64,000 nucleotides of DNA from an uncultured Gemmatimonadales bacterium (GTDB taxonomy: Bacteria > Gemmatimonadota > Gemmatimonadetes > Gemmatimonadales > GWC2-71-9), in the NCBI GenBank assembly GCA_963697755.1, contig CAVOPE010000014.1, forward strand, positions 107,817-171,816, read 5' to 3'. Numbering within the stretch: position 1 is the stretch's first letter; the number at the start of each line of letters is the position of its first letter. Below the pieces are notes generated by a model. That model was not told the origin of the DNA. It saw only the letters and a program-made list of their open reading frames with translations, and searched no databases. The position numbers and the translations under genes are program-made. Positions 36,101 through 43,411 of the stretch are shown in pieces.

Positions 36101-36368
36101 GACCCGAGTCGAAGACCGGGAGGATGTTCGGATGCTGCAGGGCTGCCGTCACCCGGATCTCGCGATGGAAGCGGTCGGCTCCACCGGCGCTGTCGGCGGT
36201 CGGGAGGATGACCTTGAGCGCGACGGGCCGCTCGTGTCTGAGGTCGCGGGCGAGGTACACGATCGCCATGCCGCCATGTCCGAGCTCGCGCTCGAATCGG
36301 TAGCGGTCACGCAGCGCGTCGGCGAGCGCTGCGGGTAGGTCCGGCGCGGTCGGCAGATCGGAAGGCAC
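33108..36368 (-). CDS. Ser/Thr protein kinase fused to an AAA/STAND-type ATPase and a long TPR-like region
   Basis: ORF 33108..36368(-), 1086 aa, GTG start. Kinase motifs GHGGMAIVYLARD, VALKVI, HRDIKPENILL, DFGVAR, SPAYMSPEQ. P-loop LVLVSGEAGIGKTSLVEEF and Walker-B-like VLVLEDVHWAD. The C-terminal about 450 aa is helical repeats (AMAYSNLSQLHMLAGE..., YANFTSFVADRRYQEAEHYLREGLEY...). Confidence 0.9.
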   Translation of the reverse strand: MPSDLPTAPDLPAALADALRDRYRFERELGHGGMAIVYLARDLRHERPVALKVILPTADSAGGADRFHREIRVTAALQHPNILPVFDSGRTAGQSWYTMPYVAGESLRRRLEREGALPLAEAIGLAREIADALAYAHAHRVVHRDIKPENILLSGGHALVADFGVARVVGPLDAALTVAGTAVGSPAYMSPEQVAGEPVDGRSDVYALGCVLFEMLAGQTPFTGRTAMALMSRRLVEAPPELRPLRADVPPWLETAVRRALARDPVDRFAGAAELAQALAEPIAATGVTAAQSALPQPATRETALVEREEFLDELERLLVAAVAGSGALVLVSGEAGIGKTSLVEEFTRGQRSVRLLWGWCEALFTPRPLGPLYDIAAQLGGALDAALRNASSREAIFGTLLDELGLGRTPTVLVLEDVHWADGATLDLLKFLGRRAHRLPLLVIVTVRDDEIGPAHPLRSVLGDLPRGAVRRLELRPLSESAVATLARRAGRGHRGLHAATGGNPFYLSEVLASYQSGIPATVRDAVLGRASRASPEARAAMEVVSVIPGKAESWLVERLFGRDSAAVEECFSAGMLTSDQQGVGFRHELARRAVEESLVSSRRRGLHARVFAALETAASPVAPARLVHHAEGAGDTESVQRWVPLAASQASALGAHREASAHYSVGLRSAEGLAPDERATLLEGRSYEDYLIGRMAEAFAAREEALETWRRLGDRRREGAALRWLSRLAWSGGRRADAEGYAGEAIAVLEPLGLGPELAMAYSNLSQLHMLAGETEGAVTWGDKAIALAERLGDSETLVHALTNVGSAEIRSRPDEGYPKLTRALRLAREGSYQEHVSRCYANFTSFVADRRYQEAEHYLREGLEYTEARDLDFWTAYMRAWRAQLHLDTGAWEEARLEAAELLEQTKLFAPARIHALVVLGLFRARCGQAGVSELLDEAHTLAESTAELQRLGPVALARAEAAWLARRPAEMAMEARAVYELSLTRNSPWIRGCLAVWLHRAGALPRVPEDIPGACLLELRGDAVGAAEEWARLGCPHEQALALAEADTPALVAEAVRLLEGLGAEAAVGVVRQRLEALAPAR

Positions 36369-36534
36369 GTCGCAATCTCACGCAGTGGCCGGGCCGTCGC
36401 CAGCGCAGCGGAGGCTCGCCGAAGGCTGTGAAGGGCGATGTTCAGAGGAGGGTGATGCGGAGCCGGCTCTCTGAGGCGTCGGCGGCTGGGGATCCTGTCG
36501 CTCGAACGCGGAGTGTAGATTCTGGTGGCTTGTC

Positions 36535-36580
36535 GGGCCCTTAGCTCAGGTGGTTAGAGCAGCGGACTCATAACCGTTGG
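36535..36580 (+). pseudogene. 5' fragment (46 nt) of a tRNA with CAT anticodon
   Basis: GGGCCCTTAGCTCAGGTGGTTAGAGCAGCGGACTCATAACCGTTGG matches the first about 47 nt of the intact tRNA at 37611. Differences are 2 D-loop substitutions (GT vs TC), a missing T after the anticodon loop and one C/T change. No T-arm or 3' acceptor follows (cgccggtgagcg...). Confidence 0.75.
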
Positions 36581-37610
36581 CGCCGGTGAGCGCTGCCTTT
36601 ACCGAAGTGTGGGGGTACTGCAACCTCAGGTACCGCTCCGCTCCGTCAATCCATTGCAACCGTGGTGGCCGAAATTTATCCCTATTGCCTGTGAGCAATT
36701 TGCCAGAGTGGAGCGGATTGATTGAAGCAAGTCCTCAGTGGACTTGGCGCGACGGTCGGCTCGTGCATGTCGAGGCCACTTTCACGAGTGAGCCGCCTGC
36801 CGCTCTCTCCCTGCTGCGCCATTTCGTCGTCCGTCATTGCTACGCCAAACATAATGACTCCGCCAAAGTCCTTCGTACGATCGCGGGTCTGTTGGCGGAC
36901 ATAAAAACGGGGGATTGGGGCCTGAACCTCGGTGCCGGCACGACGACGCTTCATCCCCAGATTCTCAACCTCGACATCAGCACAGCTCCTTCCGTGCATA
37001 TCGTTGCGCACGATCAAAAGCTTCCCTTCCAGGACAACTCCCTCAAACTGGTGATCTCGCAGGAAGTGCTGGAGCACTTGCCCGATCCTGCTTTCACCGT
37101 CCGCGAGGTTCTACGCGTCCTGCAAGTCGGCGGGAAGTTCTACTGCCAGGTTCCTTTCATCATCGGATATCATCCGGGCCCTAACGATTATTGGCGCTTT
37201 ACCAAAGAAGGTATGGCCCAACTTTTTGTCGATCCGGCCTGGCAGATGTTGAACCTGGACACGTCAGTCGGACATGGCACGGGCGCGTATCGTATCGCGG
37301 TCGAATGTGTCGCCGTTACAGCCAGCCTTGTGAGCAATGCGTTGTACATCCCTGCGAAAGGCTGCGCTTCCCTGGCTTTGGCTCCTATTAAACTCCTCGA
37401 TTTTGTCTCGGATCGTTCTGTGCAAAAACATCGAATTCCTGGCGGGTATTTTTGCGTTGTACAGAAGCTGGCGACATGACCTCCGTACGGCTCGTCTCCA
37501 GTTGGCGTCTAGTGCAATCAGGGAAACACGACAGCGTCAGATGTCCAGGGGCACGCTTTCCTCTATCCTGACGCTTTCGGTTAGATTGTAGTTGCGCCGT
37601 AAGCTATGAC
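36581..37610 (+). other. about 1-kb lower-GC islet between the tRNA fragment and the intact tRNA (possible remnant of an integrated element)
   Basis: Hand counts on several 60-nt lines give roughly 48-63% G+C here, against about 70% in flanking lines. It contains one methyltransferase ORF and no integrase. Confidence 0.5.
36691..37479 (+). CDS. class I SAM-dependent methyltransferase (Methyltransf_11-like)
   Basis: Within ORF 36577..37479, whose 5' end starts inside the tRNA fragment. GTG 36691 or TTG 36685 are plausible starts. Motif I GLNLGAGTT, LKLVISQEVLEHLPDP, LRVLQVGGKFYCQVP. Codon usage is visibly less GC-biased than in neighbours. Confidence 0.7.
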   Translation: MSNLPEWSGLIEASPQWTWRDGRLVHVEATFTSEPPAALSLLRHFVVRHCYAKHNDSAKVLRTIAGLLADIKTGDWGLNLGAGTTTLHPQILNLDISTAPSVHIVAHDQKLPFQDNSLKLVISQEVLEHLPDPAFTVREVLRVLQVGGKFYCQVPFIIGYHPGPNDYWRFTKEGMAQLFVDPAWQMLNLDTSVGHGTGAYRIAVECVAVTASLVSNALYIPAKGCASLALAPIKLLDFVSDRSVQKHRIPGGYFCVVQKLAT

Positions 37611-37684
37611 GGGCCCTTAGCTCAGTCGGTTAGAGCAGCGGACTCATAATCCGTCGGTCCCTGGTTCGAATCCAGGAGGGCCCA
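37611..37684 (+). tRNA. tRNA with CAT anticodon (ileX-type tRNA-Ile2-like; elongator Met not excluded)
   Basis: 74-nt cloverleaf folded by hand. Acceptor GGGCCCT/AGGGCCC, D-arm GCTC-AGTCGGTTA-GAGC, anticodon arm GCGGA-CTCATAA-TCCGT, variable CGGTC, T-arm CCTGG-TTCGAAT-CCAGG, discriminator A, no encoded CCA. Overall sequence resembles E. coli ileX from memory. Confidence 0.9.
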
Positions 37685-37709
37685 TGCGGCACGGATCCGT
37701 CCTGCTTCG

Positions 37710-38696
37710 CTACTCCCTCGCCCCCTCCTCCCGCGCCGATAGCTCCGGTGCGTGGTGGTCCAGCGCTCCGACCGCGTGACCGCGCTGCTTGCGCGCGATG
37801 GCGGGAAAGCCGTGCTTCCGCCGAACCAGCATCCAGAGGATCGGCGCGATGAGCAGCACCAACAGCAGGATGATTCCCGTCTGCTGGTTGGAGAAGTTGA
37901 GCAACTTGAGGGCCGAGGCGAGCAGCACGAAGGCCAAGGCACGACGAACCAGTCCGCCCGGCGCCCGCGCCGAGAGGTGCGCCCCGACCCACACGCCAGG
38001 GATGCAGCCGATCAGCAGCGAGGTGGTCAGATCCATGTGGAAGTCGCCGAACAGGATGTGACCCAGGGCAGCGGACGCGACCAAGGGGACCGCCTGGACC
38101 AGATCGGTGCCCACCAGCTCGCTGGCTTTGAGCGTCGGGTAGAGGGCCATCAGTGCGATGATGATGAGCGAGCCCGAGCCGACCGACGTGAGCCCGACGA
38201 CGATCCCGCCCAGCGCGCCCAGCACCACCGTCGGCAGGACCCGTACGTTGATCGTCGGTCGTCCTTGCGGCAGGGGGTCCGCCCGGCCGTCGCGCCGGCG
38301 CGCACGCTCGGTGAGCCGGATGTACGCCCGAACGGTCAGGCCGGCGGCGGCGAGCAGGAGTGCCGCGCCCAGCGCCAAGCGAATCACATCCTGCACCGCC
38401 TGGCCACGCCCGAGCGCCCGTGCGATCAGCACGCCACTGAACGCCCCCGGGATGGATCCGAGGCACAGCCATTTCACCAGGCCGAGATGGACCGTACCCC
38501 GTCGCAAGTGCACGATGGAGCCTACGGGCTTCATGACGGCGCTGGCGACGAGGTCCGAAGAGACGGCGGTGAGCGGAGGGATGTTGAAGAACAGCACCAG
38601 AACAGGGGTCATCAGCGCGCCGCCGCCCATCCCGGTAAGCCCGACGACGATGCCGATGCCGAAGGACGCGATGGCGAGCAGCGGATCGATGGTCAT
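37710..38696 (-). CDS. TauE/SafE (DUF81) family anion exporter
   Basis: Within ORF 37710..38912(-); ATG 38696 (MTIDPLLAIASFGIGIVVGLTGMGGGALMTPVLV). Two-fold repeated 4-TM architecture with a second VGLTSVGSGSLII motif. Confidence 0.85.
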   Translation of the reverse strand: MTIDPLLAIASFGIGIVVGLTGMGGGALMTPVLVLFFNIPPLTAVSSDLVASAVMKPVGSIVHLRRGTVHLGLVKWLCLGSIPGAFSGVLIARALGRGQAVQDVIRLALGAALLLAAAGLTVRAYIRLTERARRRDGRADPLPQGRPTINVRVLPTVVLGALGGIVVGLTSVGSGSLIIIALMALYPTLKASELVGTDLVQAVPLVASAALGHILFGDFHMDLTTSLLIGCIPGVWVGAHLSARAPGGLVRRALAFVLLASALKLLNFSNQQTGIILLLVLLIAPILWMLVRRKHGFPAIARKQRGHAVGALDHHAPELSAREEGARE

Positions 38697-38898
38697 GAAG
38701 CCGAATGGTAGCACAACCCGGGCCCAAAAGCGCCCACGCCCCTGCAATTCATGGCACCCTTGACGAGAGGCCCTGACGAGAGGCCCTCTCCCGAAGCACC
38801 GTACATACGGTTTCCTCCGTTCATCCCCGATCCTTAGTACCGAAGTACCGACGTGGAGCTGACGGGCTCGCTCCGCGCCTCGCCGCTCGAGGCTGCGC

Positions 38899-39660
38899 AT
38901 GTTTCCGCTCAAATTCCGATTCGGACTGGCCGTTGTCCTGGCCGCCCTGGTCTCTGTCCTCTTCGTCCTTCACGGTTGCCAGGAGCCGCCGGAGGTCAGT
39001 GAGCCCTCCGCGGCCGTGGCCGCGGCCGCGACCGACGTTCCCTGACCATCACCGGCACCGGCACCGGCTCCGGCATCGGCGCCGTGACCTCCAGCCCGGC
39101 GGGCATCAACTGCACCATCACCGCAGGGCGGACGAGTCCTCGCCGGTGCGCTACGCTGAGCTGTGGAACCCGACCACGGAGACCTGGTCCACGCTCGCGA
39201 TCGAGGCCGAGGGACGGATGTATCACTCGACCTCGATCCTGCTGCCCGACGGCCGCGTGATGTCGAGCGGGAGCGGCGACGGCAACGGGGCCGTCAACCA
39301 CCGCACGGCGCAGATCTTCACGCCGCCGTATCTGTTCCGGCCGGACGGCACCCTCGCCGATCGACCGCAGATCACCACCGCGCCCTCCTCCCTCTCCTAT
39401 GGCCAGACGTTCGCCGTCGAGACGCCCGACTCGGGCTCGATCGTCCGCGGGACCCTGATCCGGCTCTCTTCCGTGACGCACGCCTTCAACGAGAGCCAGC
39501 TGATCTATCCGCTGACCTTCACGGCGACCGGACCGACGACCCTCTCGACGACCGCGCCGCCGGACGGCAACCTCGCACCCCCCGGTCCGTACATGATCTT
39601 CCTGATCGACGCCAACGGCGTGCCCTCGGTCGGACGCATGGTGAGCGTCGGGCCGTCGCC
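38899..39660 (+). pseudogene. decayed lipoprotein gene: signal peptide + partial InlB-B-repeat-like module + C-terminal part of a galactose/glyoxal-oxidase-like protein (DUF1929 region)
   Basis: ATG 38899 gives MFPLKFRFGLAVVLAALVSVLFVLHGC (lipobox), then a stop at 39043-39045. The next frame reads LTITGTGTGSGIGAVTSSPAGINCTITAG. The third frame (ORF 38933..39991) reads AELWNPTTETWSTLAIEAEGRMYHSTSILLPDGRVMSSGSGDG...TAQIFTPPYLF...LIRLSSVTHAFNESQ...APPGPYMIFLIDANGVPSVGRMVSV. Most of the expected Kelch propeller is absent. No stop follows the homology; the end given is approximate. Confidence 0.55.
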
Positions 39661-41940
39661 TTACCGGGCGGTGGTGCCGGCGCGCTCGAGGAGCGCGGAG
39701 GCGCTGTCGAGCACCACCGCCTCGGCTTCCAGCGCTCGACCCAGCACGGCCGCCTGGCTCTCGGCCTCATCCCATCGTTTCGCTTCGATCGCCTCACGGA
39801 CACCGGGCATCGTCTTGGCCGAGTACCCGGTGTACCAGCCCGGCGCCGAGAGGAGCTGCCGGTACCAGGGACGGCGCGGCAGGCCGCTCTCCGGTGCGAG
39901 CGCGCGTTCCGCGTTGAGCAGCAACCCATTGACCCGGCCGACCGTCGCCGAGTCCAGCTCCGACGCCCCGCTCTTCATGGCGGCGCCGTAGGCGACCTCG
40001 AACCGGGAGGTGGACGACTTGAGCCGGGTCGAGCCGTTCTGCAGCGGGGCGAAGTTGAGGAAGGGTGGCACGATCCCGCGTGTGGGGATGACCAGCGGGT
40101 GCCGCGGGTCGTTCATCGCCACGAAGGTGCTCTCGTCGACCTGGCGGTTCTGCTCCTCGATCGAGTCCCGCACGGTGGTGTGGAGCTCCTGCGCGTCCTT
40201 CAGGTTGGCGGTCACCCGGTCGGACAGGCGACCGAACTCGTAAGGCAGCACGTCCGCGGAGGCGAGCCGCATCGTGGCGAGCCCGACCGTCTGCGCCAGG
40301 GCCCGCCCGTAGACGAAGGCGGTATCGCTGAACGTGGTGTACCAGTGGAAGCTGTCGTAGATGGAGTGGTAGATGCCGCCGTCGTCCTCGCCGCCGAAGC
40401 CGAGGTGGAGCGACGGGATACCCAAGTGGTGATAGAAAACCGTGTAGTCCGAGCCGGCCCCCATGGGATCCACCGTCAGGTCGCTCCGATCGCGCGCCTC
40501 CTTCCGCCGATCGGCGTTCCGCGCGGCGGCGATCTCGCCCAGATGCGAGCGCTTCCACACCGACATACCGGTCTCCGGGTCGTTGACCTCACGCGCCACT
40601 TCCGAGATCAGGCGCGCCAAGGCCGGGGATCCCTCGACGTTGAGCCGGCCGCGCCCGTTTCCGTCGGTGTTGAGGTAGGCGACCGCACCGCGGCGGAGCT
40701 CGTCGGCGTGGGTTTCCCCCCATTCGGTGCTGCCGAGCAGCATCTGCTCTTCGCCGTCCCACAGCGCGAGCACGATCGTACGCCGGGGCCGCCATCCCTG
40801 CTTGAGGAGCGCACCGTACGCGCGCGCCTCCTCGAGCAGCGCGACCGCGCCCGATATGGGATCCTCGGCGCCGTTGACCCAGGCGTCGTGGTGATTGCCC
40901 CGCACGACCCATTCGTCGGGCCGGGTGGCGCCGGGGATCCGGGCGATCACGTCGTACGCCGGGACGATCCGCCAGTCGAAGCGGAGCTTGAGATGGACTC
41001 GCGCAGGGCCGGGCCCGACGTGATAGGTGATCGGCAGTCCCCCGGCCCACCCGGCCGGCGCGGGCCGGCCGCCGATCGCGGCGAGCAGCGGTTGCGCATC
41101 GGCCCAGGAGAGCGGCTGGACTGGAATCGTCGGGAGCGTCGGCGCCTTGGCTCGGTCGAGCCGCTTCGCGTCCTTCGTCGCGCCGATCCCGGGGGTCAGC
41201 GGGTCGCCGACGAAGAGCGGCATGTCCATCACGCTCCCGCGCTGCACGCTCTCCCGCGGGCGGAATGGACCGGTCGGGTAGGTGTCCCCCGCGTGATAGC
41301 CGTCGTCCTCCGGGTCCGAGTAGATGAGGCAGCCCACGGCGCCGTGCTCCGCGGCCAGCTTCGGCTTGATGCCGCGCCAGGACCGGCCGTACTTGGCGAT
41401 CACGATCGCGCCCTTGACCGACACGCCGAGGCGCTCGAGTCGGTCGTAGTCCTCCGGAATGCCGTAGTTGACGAAGACGAGCGGCGCGGTGACGTCGCCG
41501 TCGGGCGAGTACGCGTTGTAGGTCGGGAGCTGCTCCGCCTGCTGTCCGCTGGTGGGGTCCTGCTTGACGGGCGGCTCCCGCAGCGCGGCGGCGAACCGCT
41601 GCGGCGCCACCAGCTCGACGACCCGTTCCCGCGGGGTGGGGAACAGCACGTGGAAGGTCTCGATCCGGGCGTCGAGCCCCCAGGACTTGAAGCGGTCCAG
41701 GATCCACGCGGCGTTCGCGCTGTCGCGGGGGGAGCCGAGGTGGTGGGGCCGGGCCGACAGGACGCGCATGTACTCCCGCAGTGAGTCGGGATCGGGGATG
41801 GCCTGAAACTTGGACTCCCACGCCCGCTGGGCGCGGACCGCGGACGGCAGGAAGCCGCGGATGGGTCCGTCGCCGGGCAGAAAGGCGCGCGGGGCAAGGA
41901 GCAGGGCACACAGCATGAGCGCGGTGCGGATGGACAGCAT
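39661..41940 (-). CDS. M28-family metallopeptidase with PA and TfR-like dimerisation domains (glutamate carboxypeptidase II / PSMA-like)
   Basis: C-terminal 759 aa of ORF 39661..43092(-); ATG 41940 gives signal peptide MLSIRTALMLCALLLAPRAF. Motifs VNYGIPEDYDRLERLGVSVKGAIVIAKYG (PA), RGNHHDAWVNGAEDPISG, WDGEEQMLLGSTEW, GAGSDYTVFYHHLGIPS, IYHSIYDSFHWY, RPWYRQLLSAPGWYTGY. Confidence 0.9.
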   Translation of the reverse strand: MLSIRTALMLCALLLAPRAFLPGDGPIRGFLPSAVRAQRAWESKFQAIPDPDSLREYMRVLSARPHHLGSPRDSANAAWILDRFKSWGLDARIETFHVLFPTPRERVVELVAPQRFAAALREPPVKQDPTSGQQAEQLPTYNAYSPDGDVTAPLVFVNYGIPEDYDRLERLGVSVKGAIVIAKYGRSWRGIKPKLAAEHGAVGCLIYSDPEDDGYHAGDTYPTGPFRPRESVQRGSVMDMPLFVGDPLTPGIGATKDAKRLDRAKAPTLPTIPVQPLSWADAQPLLAAIGGRPAPAGWAGGLPITYHVGPGPARVHLKLRFDWRIVPAYDVIARIPGATRPDEWVVRGNHHDAWVNGAEDPISGAVALLEEARAYGALLKQGWRPRRTIVLALWDGEEQMLLGSTEWGETHADELRRGAVAYLNTDGNGRGRLNVEGSPALARLISEVAREVNDPETGMSVWKRSHLGEIAAARNADRRKEARDRSDLTVDPMGAGSDYTVFYHHLGIPSLHLGFGGEDDGGIYHSIYDSFHWYTTFSDTAFVYGRALAQTVGLATMRLASADVLPYEFGRLSDRVTANLKDAQELHTTVRDSIEEQNRQVDESTFVAMNDPRHPLVIPTRGIVPPFLNFAPLQNGSTRLKSSTSRFEVAYGAAMKSGASELDSATVGRVNGLLLNAERALAPESGLPRRPWYRQLLSAPGWYTGYSAKTMPGVREAIEAKRWDEAESQAAVLGRALEAEAVVLDSASALLERAGTTAR

Positions 41941-41982
41941 GTCGACCTCGGTCGGGGTGGCGGGGAATAGTACATTGTCCCC

Positions 41983-43212
41983 ATGAAAACCCGTCGCGTC
42001 GCCGTCATCGGCGCCGGTGCCGCCGGCTCCATGGCGGCGATCTTCGCGGCGGCCGCCGGCGCGGAGACGTTCCTGCTCGAGCGGACGCGCGACGGCGGCC
42101 GGAAGATTCTCATCAGCGGCGGCGGCCGTTGCAACATCCTTCCCGCCCGCGTCGACGAGGCGCGCTTCGTCACCGACTCCTCCCCTCACACTCTGCGCAA
42201 CATCGTCCGCTCGTGGCCCCTCGCCGAGCAGATTGCTTTCTTCGAGCGCGAGCTCGGGCTGACGCTGGTGGAGGAGCCCGAGTCGGCCAAGCTGTTTCCT
42301 GCCTCCAATCGCGCGCGCGACGTGCGGGACGGCCTGCTCTCGCTCGCGGCACAACGCGGCGCGCGCTTCCTGCCGGACACTCGGGTGACCGGTCTGATCC
42401 CGGGCGGAGCCGGGTGGCGGGTCGAGCGACTCGGGGCCGCGCCGCTCGACGTGGACGCGGTGGTCGTCGCGACCGGCGGCTTGTCCGTCCCGACGACCGG
42501 CAGCGACGGCGCCGGGCTCGCGATCCTGGCGGCGCTCGGCCACGTGGTGCATCAGACCTACCCCGCGCTCACCCCGGTGCTCGCGGAGCCCCCGGCGTTC
42601 GGTGCCCTGAGCGGCATCTCCCTGCCGGTGTCGGTGTCCGCCCGCGACGGGCCTCGATCGGCCTCGAGTCAGGGCGGCTTCCTGTTCACCCACCACGGCT
42701 ACAGCGGACCTTCGATCCTCGACGTGTCGCACGTCTTGGTCAGGTCCCGGACCGAAGCGGATGGAGTGGCTCGGCTCCTGGTGCGCTGGACGGCCCTCGA
42801 CGACGAGGCATGGGAAGCGGCGCTGCGGCCGGCCGGCACGCGGACCGTCGCGGGGGCCCTCCGACGCGAGCTGCCCGAGCGCCTGGCCGATGCGCTGGCG
42901 GCGTGGGCCGGGGTGTCCGGCAGTCGTCCGCTGGCCCAGCTCCGCAGGGCCGAGCGCCTGCGGCTGATCGAGGTGCTGACGAGAGCCGAGCTCCCGTGGA
43001 CTGGTGACGAGGGCTACCGGAAGGCCGAAGTCACCGGCGGAGGCATAAGCCTCGCAGAGGTGGACCCCCGTACACTCCGAAGTCGCCGTCACGCCGGACT
43101 TTACATCTGCGGTGAGGCGCTGGATGCGTTCGGCCCGATTGGTGGTTACAACTTCCTCTGGGCCTGGGCGACGGGGCGGGCGGCTGGGCTTGGGGTGGCG
43201 ACAGGCGGGTAG
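41983..43212 (+). CDS. HI0933-like FAD-dependent flavoprotein (BaiN / aminoacetone-oxidase family)
   Basis: ORF 41983..43212. VAVIGAGAAGSMAAIFAA, KILISGGGRCNI, VVVATGGLSVPTTGSDGAG, GFLFTHHGYSGPSILD, TGGGISLAEVDP, LYICGEALDAFGPIGGYNFLWAWATG. Confidence 0.88.
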   Translation: MKTRRVAVIGAGAAGSMAAIFAAAAGAETFLLERTRDGGRKILISGGGRCNILPARVDEARFVTDSSPHTLRNIVRSWPLAEQIAFFERELGLTLVEEPESAKLFPASNRARDVRDGLLSLAAQRGARFLPDTRVTGLIPGGAGWRVERLGAAPLDVDAVVVATGGLSVPTTGSDGAGLAILAALGHVVHQTYPALTPVLAEPPAFGALSGISLPVSVSARDGPRSASSQGGFLFTHHGYSGPSILDVSHVLVRSRTEADGVARLLVRWTALDDEAWEAALRPAGTRTVAGALRRELPERLADALAAWAGVSGSRPLAQLRRAERLRLIEVLTRAELPWTGDEGYRKAEVTGGGISLAEVDPRTLRSRRHAGLYICGEALDAFGPIGGYNFLWAWATGRAAGLGVATGG

Positions 43213-43411
43213 TCACTCTTGTGCCTTGGATCACCGCGACTCCTCCTCAGGTTGGGCTTATTAACCGGTGAGTGGGGTCGTCGGTTTTCCCTGTGATCAC
43301 GAGGGCCGGCACCCGCGCAGATCCAACCGCGGGCGAGTTCGCCACGTGCCACAACCTCGCCCTCGCGCGGCGACGGCGTTCGAGACACCGACCCAACGTG
43401 CCGGAGTGTTC

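Noticed and set aside
36535-36580. The first tRNA-like sequence as a functional tRNA gene
   Set aside because: Only the 5' 46 nt are tRNA-like. No T-arm or 3' acceptor strand can be formed with the following sequence.
39163-41784. 873-aa plus-strand ORF, and similar giants: 2307..4142(-), 3682..4803(-), 15790..16827(-), 20370..21704(-), 32152..33720(-), 43454..45670(-), 54149..55177(-), 55090..56736(-), 59012..61264(-) and 61261..63447(-)
   Set aside because: All lie antisense to genes with clear family motifs. Their translations are Arg/Pro/Gly/Ala-rich with no recognisable domains. This is typical of stop-poor shadow frames in roughly 70% GC DNA.
41941-43092. N-terminal 383 aa of the 1143-aa ORF 39661..43092(-)
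   Set aside because: This part is antisense to the HI0933-like flavoprotein gene and has no homology-like motifs. The peptidase has its own signal peptide at ATG 41940.
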